From: Promethearchaeota archaeon
GTDB lineage: Archaea; Asgardarchaeota; Lokiarchaeia; Sigyniarchaeales; SOKP01
Direction: 5' to 3'
NCBI GenBank assembly: GCA_019057865.1
Contig: JAHLWP010000001.1
Coordinates: forward strand, 32,001 to 96,000
DNA length: 64,000 nucleotides
In this document: one piece after another, positions 59,167 through 64,000 of the stretch
Position numbering within the stretch: the first letter of the stretch is position 1
Layout: every line of letters starts with the position of its first letter
Notes under the pieces: generated by a model
The model's input: the letters and a program-made list of their open reading frames with translations, nothing else
Database searches by the model: none
What the model was told of the DNA's origin: nothing
Translations under genes and position numbers: made by a program

Positions 59167-60004
59167 TCATTCAATACAACAGCTTATAACAGATATATCT
59201 CGTTTAAAGGATTGAGCTGTAAGTTTAATCGCTTCTGACAATGTAGGAAAAACATGTATTGTGTTAATAACATCATCAAGTGTCATATGATTTTTAATAA
59301 TCATAACACCTTCATGAATTAGATCAGCCGCATTACGAGATAAAATATGAATACCTAATATTTTTTCAGTTTTCCTATTAATAACAATTTTTAATACTCC
59401 TCTATCATCATTAATGATTTTTGCTTTAGGGACAAAACTAATTGGATAGTATTGCATCTGCAAACAAATCCCTTTTGATTTACTGTAAGTTCAGTTAAAC
59501 CTATACTCCCAACTTGAGGGTCGGTAAAAATCGCGTGGGGAACCACTTTGTAATCCATTCTAATCTTTTCATTTGATAAAGTATTATTTGCAGCAATCAT
59601 ACCTTCTCTAGCAGCAATGGTTTCTAACATTGGTTCGCCTATTACATCCCCAGCAGTCCATATATTATCCATAACATTCATAAATTCGTCGACAATGATT
59701 TCTCCTTTCTTTCCTAAAGTTATTCCAATCCAAGATTTTTAGTATTTGCTCTCCTTCCCGTTGCAATTAAGAGTTGTTCTGCTTTAAAAGATAATTCATT
59801 ATTATTAAAAATTACATTTAATTTTATTTCAGAACCTTCTTTTTCAATTTTATTTATTTTAGCATTGGTGTATATTTCGAACCTCTCATCTTGCAGATAT
59901 TCTTTCAGATAATGAGATATTTCAGGTTCTTCATTTGGTACTATGTTATCTAATATTTCAAAAAGATATACCTTTGTACCAAATCGAGAAAACAATTGAG
60001 TAAA
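59167..60004 (-). pseudogene. merA: 5'-truncated, twice-frameshifted mercuric reductase (MerA)-like gene
   Basis: Three frames join as FTQLFSRFG...ATGRRANT | GITLG..GEIIVDEFM...AGDV...VPHAIFTDPQV | FVPKA...HVFPTLSE...SCCIE (MerA C-terminal Cys pair); frameshifts near 59725 and 59440. Confidence 0.85.
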
Positions 60005-60015
60005 GATATTCCTTT

Positions 60016-61365
60016 TTATTCTCCAAATTGTTCTATAATATTATAAATTTCTTCAATAAGATAAGTTAATTTAATAGTTTTTTGATCTTCAGTCTTCATA
60101 TTTCTAATTGTAACTTCATTTTTTTCCACTTCTTGAGGTCCCACGATTAATGTGATCAATACTCCAAGCTCGTTTGCTCTGCTTAATTGATTTTTTAAAT
60201 TTTTGAATCTGTAATCAATTAGACATGGAATTTCCTCATTACGCACAACTTCAGCTATTTTAAAGGAGTATATGAATACTTCTTCATTAATAGATGCAAT
60301 ATAAATTGTATCAGTATAATCTTTCTCTCTAACTTCTTCTGGAATTAAGTTATATGTTTTCAAGAATAAAGATAACATTAAAATACCCATCCCAAATCCA
60401 GTACCAGTTATTTTTTCATCTGAAAATAGTGATAATAAATCATCATATCGACCTCCTCCGAAAATACTTCTTATATTTTCCTTTCCTGTATCGAATACTT
60501 CATAGATAATTCCTGTATAGTAATCTAAACCTCTCACAGTACCAGAAGAAAAAGTACAATAATCTGAAATTTCTACTTCAGATAGTAATCTTTCAAAATC
60601 AATTAGTTCAAGATAACCTATAGAGTCATAAAATTCTTTAGGTATATTATCAAATTTCTCTAATAATTCGTTTACACTTTTCGAATCTTTTATTTTGAAT
60701 ATACCTTGTATAATCACTTCGTTCTTAAATGTATCAATTACATATTTCTCAAACTCATTCTCTTCCATTTTGTCTGATTTATCTAATACCTTGTAAACAA
60801 TTGGTATTTTATCTTCACTTATTTTAAGTATAAATTTAGAAAGTGAATCCATGAATCGTCGACTATTATAATAAATTTGAAATTGCTCTGATGTGGCTCC
60901 AAATTCAGTAAATATATCTACAATTATATTAAATATTTCAAGATCAGCGTAAAGGCTCTTTTCGCCAAGAATATCGAAATTGGGTTGTTTAAAGGACCTT
61001 TTCCTGCCTTTTTGAGGTCTTTCATAACGATAACAAGTTGGAACTGAAAACCATCTTATTGGTTTTTTTAGCTCTTGACTTTTTTTCGCTACCATTCGTG
61101 CCAAGGATGGTGTAAGCTCTGGAATCAGTATTAGTCTCTCTCCTTTTTTCTTTTCAACAATAAAAGATTGTTCGTTAACTAGTTCATCAGAAGATTTAGC
61201 AGCAAAAATTTCAATCGGTTCTAATAGTGGAGTTTCAAATTCTTCATAGCAATATCTCTCGGCCACATCTCTTATTGTTTCAATTATCCAATTAACTTCA
61301 CGTAAGTCAGACGGATAATAGTCTTCCATTCCACGAATTGGCTGTGTACTGAACTTTTTGGACAT
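60016..61365 (-). CDS. hisS: Histidyl-tRNA synthetase
   Basis: RGMED, PELTP, YRYERPQKGR, RGLDYYTG and GGGRYD motifs. Confidence 0.97.
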   Translation of the reverse strand: MSKKFSTQPIRGMEDYYPSDLREVNWIIETIRDVAERYCYEEFETPLLEPIEIFAAKSSDELVNEQSFIVEKKKGERLILIPELTPSLARMVAKKSQELKKPIRWFSVPTCYRYERPQKGRKRSFKQPNFDILGEKSLYADLEIFNIIVDIFTEFGATSEQFQIYYNSRRFMDSLSKFILKISEDKIPIVYKVLDKSDKMEENEFEKYVIDTFKNEVIIQGIFKIKDSKSVNELLEKFDNIPKEFYDSIGYLELIDFERLLSEVEISDYCTFSSGTVRGLDYYTGIIYEVFDTGKENIRSIFGGGRYDDLLSLFSDEKITGTGFGMGILMLSLFLKTYNLIPEEVREKDYTDTIYIASINEEVFIYSFKIAEVVRNEEIPCLIDYRFKNLKNQLSRANELGVLITLIVGPQEVEKNEVTIRNMKTEDQKTIKLTYLIEEIYNIIEQFGE

Positions 61366-61542
61366 CCAATCACTTAAACTAAGATTGTTTAGAATTAAAT
61401 TTAAAAAAGAACCTTCTCAAATATTTTTTTCGATTTATCAGTAATATTTTTCTTATTTTTTATATGTAATTTACTAAGCTTTTAATTATTATAAATAAAA
61501 TTTTTAAATAAATGAATAAATTACTGTTTAGGAGATATTATA

Positions 61543-62190
61543 ATGTCCCAAGAGGAAACCTATACAGAAATATGCTATGCTATTGTTAATTTAGATGAGG
61601 AAAAAGCTATAAATCTAGCCAAAAAGGCAGTTAATGAAGAGATAGATTTACTTAAAGTCATTGAGAATGGATATGCAGCTGGGATTCGACGAGTAGGAGA
61701 GTTATGGGAAGAAGGAGAATTTTTCTTACCAGAATTAATGAAGGGAGCACAGATTATGCAAAATTGCATGGACATCATTATTCCCCATCTCCAGAAGGGT
61801 TCAGAAAGAGTAAATCTTGGAACTGTGGTAATCGCAACGATTGAAGGTGATATCCATTCAATTGGGAAAACTATTGTTGCTACAATGTTAAGAGCTTATG
61901 GTTTTGAAGTTTTTGATTTAGGGGCAGATGTTTCAGCTGAAAAAATTATTGATATTGCGATTGAAAAGAATGCAGATATTATTGGTGTTTCAGCGCTCTT
62001 AACAACAACGATGATTGGTCAGAAAAAAATTATTGATCTTTTAAAGGAAAAAAATTTAACAGATAAGTTCAAGGTAATTTTTGGTGGCGCTCCAGTAACA
62101 ACTACATGGGTAGAAGAATGTAACGCTGACGGATTTGCTGACAATGCTATTGAAGCTGTCAAATTAGTTAAATCTCTTTTAAATAAATAA
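61543..62190 (+). CDS. Corrinoid (B12-binding) methyltransferase protein
   Basis: FFLPEL cap, GDIHSIGK, SALLTTT and GGAP motifs. Confidence 0.93.
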   Translation: MSQEETYTEICYAIVNLDEEKAINLAKKAVNEEIDLLKVIENGYAAGIRRVGELWEEGEFFLPELMKGAQIMQNCMDIIIPHLQKGSERVNLGTVVIATIEGDIHSIGKTIVATMLRAYGFEVFDLGADVSAEKIIDIAIEKNADIIGVSALLTTTMIGQKKIIDLLKEKNLTDKFKVIFGGAPVTTTWVEECNADGFADNAIEAVKLVKSLLNK

Positions 62191-62220
62191 AAATTGAAGT
62201 TTTTAGAGAGTTAGATAAAA

Positions 62221-63099
62221 TTGTTATTTAATGAATGGTTAAAAGACAATTCTAAAATTATTCTATTTAATGGTGCTATGGGTACTGAATTAATTAAAAG
62301 AGGACTAACGCCTGGAAAAATCCCAGATTTAATGAACATCGAAAATCCTGATATGATTAATGATGTTCATAGATCCTATTATAAGGCAGGCTCTGATATG
62401 TGCCAAACGAATACTTTTGGTTCAACACCAATGAATTTGAAGCGATATAATCTAGAAGAGCGAATTGAAGAAATCGTTAAAAATGCATTAGAAAATATAA
62501 AAAAAGCATGCCCTGAAGGTCATTTAATTGTTGCAGATATTGGTCCTACTGGTGAATTTAGACCACCTGTAGGAAGTGCTACTCCTGAACAGTGGTATTC
62601 TAGTTTTTCTACTCAAGCAAAATTGTTAGAGAAAGGAGTTGATCTTTGGCATATTGAAACAATTTCCGATATTGAAGAGATGATAACAGCGATTGAAGCA
62701 ATTAGAGGTGTATCTCAAAAACCAATAATCGCTTCAATGACATATACAAAGACAAAAAGAGGATTTTTTACAATAATGGGTGATTCTTTGGAAAAATGCA
62801 TTCAATTATTAGAAAATGAAAAAATAGATGTGATTGGAGCGAATTGCACCAATGGTTCTAAAGAAATGGTTGAATTATTTAAAATTGCTGTTAATCTAAC
62901 TAATAAGCCGTTTTCAGTAAAACCTAATGCTGGACAACCAAGAATAAAGGGGGCAAGAACATACTATGAACAACTAATTGAGGATTTTGCCAAAGATATT
63001 TATGAAATGATACAGAACGGTGCTAAAATAGTAGGAGGATGTTGTGGGACATCTCCTCAAACAATTAAAGAACTTCGAAAAATTATTGATTCAATTTGA
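62221..63099 (+). CDS. Homocysteine S-methyltransferase domain protein
   Basis: GAMGTEL, TNTFG, GANC, PNAG and GGCCGT motifs. Confidence 0.92.
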   Translation: MLFNEWLKDNSKIILFNGAMGTELIKRGLTPGKIPDLMNIENPDMINDVHRSYYKAGSDMCQTNTFGSTPMNLKRYNLEERIEEIVKNALENIKKACPEGHLIVADIGPTGEFRPPVGSATPEQWYSSFSTQAKLLEKGVDLWHIETISDIEEMITAIEAIRGVSQKPIIASMTYTKTKRGFFTIMGDSLEKCIQLLENEKIDVIGANCTNGSKEMVELFKIAVNLTNKPFSVKPNAGQPRIKGARTYYEQLIEDFAKDIYEMIQNGAKIVGGCCGTSPQTIKELRKIIDSI

Positions 63100-63128
63100 A
63101 ATTAACCTGAGGAGGAGAAAATTTTATA

Positions 63129-64000
63129 ATGCCGATTATTAGACCAAAAATTAATCTATTAGATAATGAACATAAGAAATCAATTTTTACTGAAGCTAAA
63201 TTGATATTAGAGACTCAAGGTGTATTCCTTGAAAATCGAGAGGCAAAGGAGTTATTTAACCAGCATGAAATTGATTTTAAAGGTTCACGCTATTTTATTC
63301 CGCATGATTTAGTAGATAAATGTTTAGCCTCTGTACCTAGAGAAATAAGTTTATACGATAGAGAAGGGAATGAGCATATTCAATTAAAGAATGATCAAGT
63401 TCATTTTGATCCAGGTTCTGCTGCGATATTTATTCTTGATGAGAATACTGGAAAAATTAGAGAAGCCTTGTCGAGAGATTTTGTTCGCTTTTCAAAAGTG
63501 GTTGAGCATTTAAAATTTATTGAAGCTCAAAGTACGGCTTTAATTTATAAAGATGTTCCTAATGTAGCTCAGGACTGGCATCGATTATATATAGCTTTAT
63601 CTAATTGTTATAAACCGGTAGTAACCGGAACATTTCGTAAAGAAAGCTTTTCAATCATGCGGGAAATACTATTAGCCTGCAGACTATCTGAAGATGATTT
63701 AGCAAAAAAACCACTAGCTATCTTTGATGCATGCCCAAGTCCTCCTTTGAAGTGGTCTGATCTTACAACTCAATCTTTAATTGATGCAGCTAAAAGTATG
63801 ATACCATCTGAGTTTGTCTCGATGCCCTTAGCAGGTGCGAGCGCACCCATAACATTAATAGGATCCATCACACAACATTGTGCGGAATGTCTTGCTGGTG
63901 TTGTAATTGCTCAATTAACAAAGTATGGTGCACCCTTAGTATGGGGAGGTTCTCCGGCTGTATTTGATATGAAACAAGGAACAACTCCAATGGGTGCAAT
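63129..64000 (+). CDS. MttB-family (trimethylamine/quaternary amine) methyltransferase, 3' end outside window
   Basis: Manual translation from ATG 63129: MPIIRPKINLL...L.SVP....LYDR.G...CPSPPLKW...MPLAGASAPITL.G......AE.LAG..IAQL...GAP...GG. Confidence 0.85.
   Translation, partial: MPIIRPKINLLDNEHKKSIFTEAKLILETQGVFLENREAKELFNQHEIDFKGSRYFIPHDLVDKCLASVPREISLYDREGNEHIQLKNDQVHFDPGSAAIFILDENTGKIREALSRDFVRFSKVVEHLKFIEAQSTALIYKDVPNVAQDWHRLYIALSNCYKPVVTGTFRKESFSIMREILLACRLSEDDLAKKPLAIFDACPSPPLKWSDLTTQSLIDAAKSMIPSEFVSMPLAGASAPITLIGSITQHCAECLAGVVIAQLTKYGAPLVWGGSPAVFDMKQGTTPMGA

Noticed and set aside
59167-59995. Programmed frameshifting or Sec recoding in the merA-like fragments
   Set aside because: The breaks are indels, the N-terminal FAD/active-site half is missing, and no slippery site is evident.
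423-61778. Numerous 60-180 aa ORFs antisense to or overlapping recognised genes (e.g. 423-614, 33177-33713, 38079-38441, 46287-46490, 57300-57653)
   Set aside because: Shadow ORFs without motifs that overlap well-supported genes.
63129-64000. Pyrrolysine codon in mttB
   Set aside because: No in-frame TAG noticed in the visible ~290 codons; the usual Pyl position lies beyond the window, so this is undecidable here.
1-64000. CRISPR arrays, rRNA genes, IS transposases, integrases
   Set aside because: No regularly spaced repeats, rRNA-like sequence, or DDE/tyrosine/serine recombinase motifs were seen.

Overview
AT-rich archaeal chromosome segment, very probably Asgard (Lokiarchaeia). The evidence is eS25, a Bud23-like methyltransferase, a Rag-like GTPase, several longin-domain proteins, a gelsolin-domain protein, HEAT-LRR paralogs, an intron-containing tRNA-Ser(CGA) and eukaryote-like SECIS elements. 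Housekeeping and metabolic genes (hisS, hisC, lig, pyrF, thiI-like, AMP phosphorylase, AOR, RuBisCO-like protein, GH36, a corrinoid/MttB module) are mixed with accessory DNA. Four observations stand out. (1) A hdrA-vhuD selenoprotein operon with four in-frame UGAs is followed by one 3' SECIS. (2) A second SECIS of the same architecture lies downstream of a ubiquitin-like (MoaD-like) gene behind acr3. Its frame reads Ser-Gly-Cys-UGA-UGA and stays open for 37 more codons, so it is a candidate new selenoprotein family. (3) A 3.66-kb integrase-free insertion encoding a tandem-HNH protein sits in the 5' end of a host gene and supplies a recoded replacement 5' end. (4) A ~10-kb ArsR/Acr3 island encodes four DGC-domain proteins, one fused to a lipoyl (GcvH) domain, plus a stand-alone HdrA N-terminal domain. 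All family assignments come from motif recognition by eye; no database search was run.
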